Source of the DNA: Vicugna vicugna
Taxonomy: Eukaryota
DNA length: 64,000 bases
NCBI GenBank assembly: GCA_013265495.1
Contig: MU058213.1
Location: 3,286,001 to 3,350,000 of the forward strand
Direction: 5' to 3'
Position numbers and translations under genes: made by a program
The notes under the pieces: generated by a model
The model's database searches: none
What the model was told of the DNA's origin: nothing
What the model saw: the letters and a program-made list of their open reading frames with translations, nothing else
In this document: positions 63,801 through 64,000 of the stretch, piece after piece
How positions within the stretch are numbered: the stretch's first letter is position 1
How the letters are laid out: each line of letters begins with the position of its first letter

Positions 63801-64000
63801 CTTCCATTGCTCTGCCAGTATTTACACTATACTAATAAAGACAAAAGAATCTTCTCAGCCGCTTTAAAAAAAACAAAACATTCTACATCTTAGGGAATGG
63901 AACTTTGAAGGTTTAGAGTAAAATGTTCTAAAATAACTTTCATTATTATGTACAATTAAATTGAGTTAATCAGAAATTTGGGAGAAAACTGGACAAGTGA

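Larger units (their letters stand above)
36544..64000 (-). other. PRTG: PRTG large intron (intron 11), continuing beyond the window
   Basis: I saw no further protogenin-like coding exon upstream of 36543. The region is repeat-rich. Confidence 0.75.

Noticed and set aside
1..64000. CRISPR arrays, operons, prokaryotic or viral systems, intact retroelement ORFs
   Set aside because: No regularly spaced repeat-spacer structure and no long intact RT, transposase or gag-pol ORF. The sequence is explained as a mammalian intron-exon locus.

Overview
Mammalian genomic DNA, most likely from a camelid (three tRNA-derived SINEs resemble the camelid Vic-1 family). It is not prokaryotic. The window holds the 3' part of PRTG (protogenin, DCC/neogenin-related IgSF receptor) on the minus strand. 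Nine coding exons lie between 36543 and 21078, all with GT-AG boundaries and consistent phases. They encode the end of the FNIII region, the TM helix and the cytoplasmic tail. An ~8 kb 3'UTR ends near 12984, and one intron of >27 kb runs from 36544 off the right edge. The left ~950 bp is the CpG-island 5' end of PYGO1 (minus strand). The rest is interspersed repeat (L1, L2, MIR, MLT1/ERVL LTRs, hAT MITEs, SINEs) and microsatellites. I found no new multi-gene system. The best observations are: (1) five miR-9 8mer sites in ~840 bp of the PRTG 3'UTR, plus let-7, miR-125 and miR-124 sites; (2) an orthologue of the human PYGO1 'MPAENSPAPAYKV' first exon with AAG in place of ATG and an in-frame CUG in strong Kozak context; (3) a 53-aa PRTG C-terminal tail ending in a class II PDZ-like motif, beyond the point where I recall human PRTG ending; (4) a candidate cryptic terminal exon in the large intron; (5) a divergent pair of CTCF-like motifs; (6) an orphan L1 5' end. 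Gene identities and repeat family names are from recall, not database searches. Repeat boundaries are approximate unless a TSD is given.
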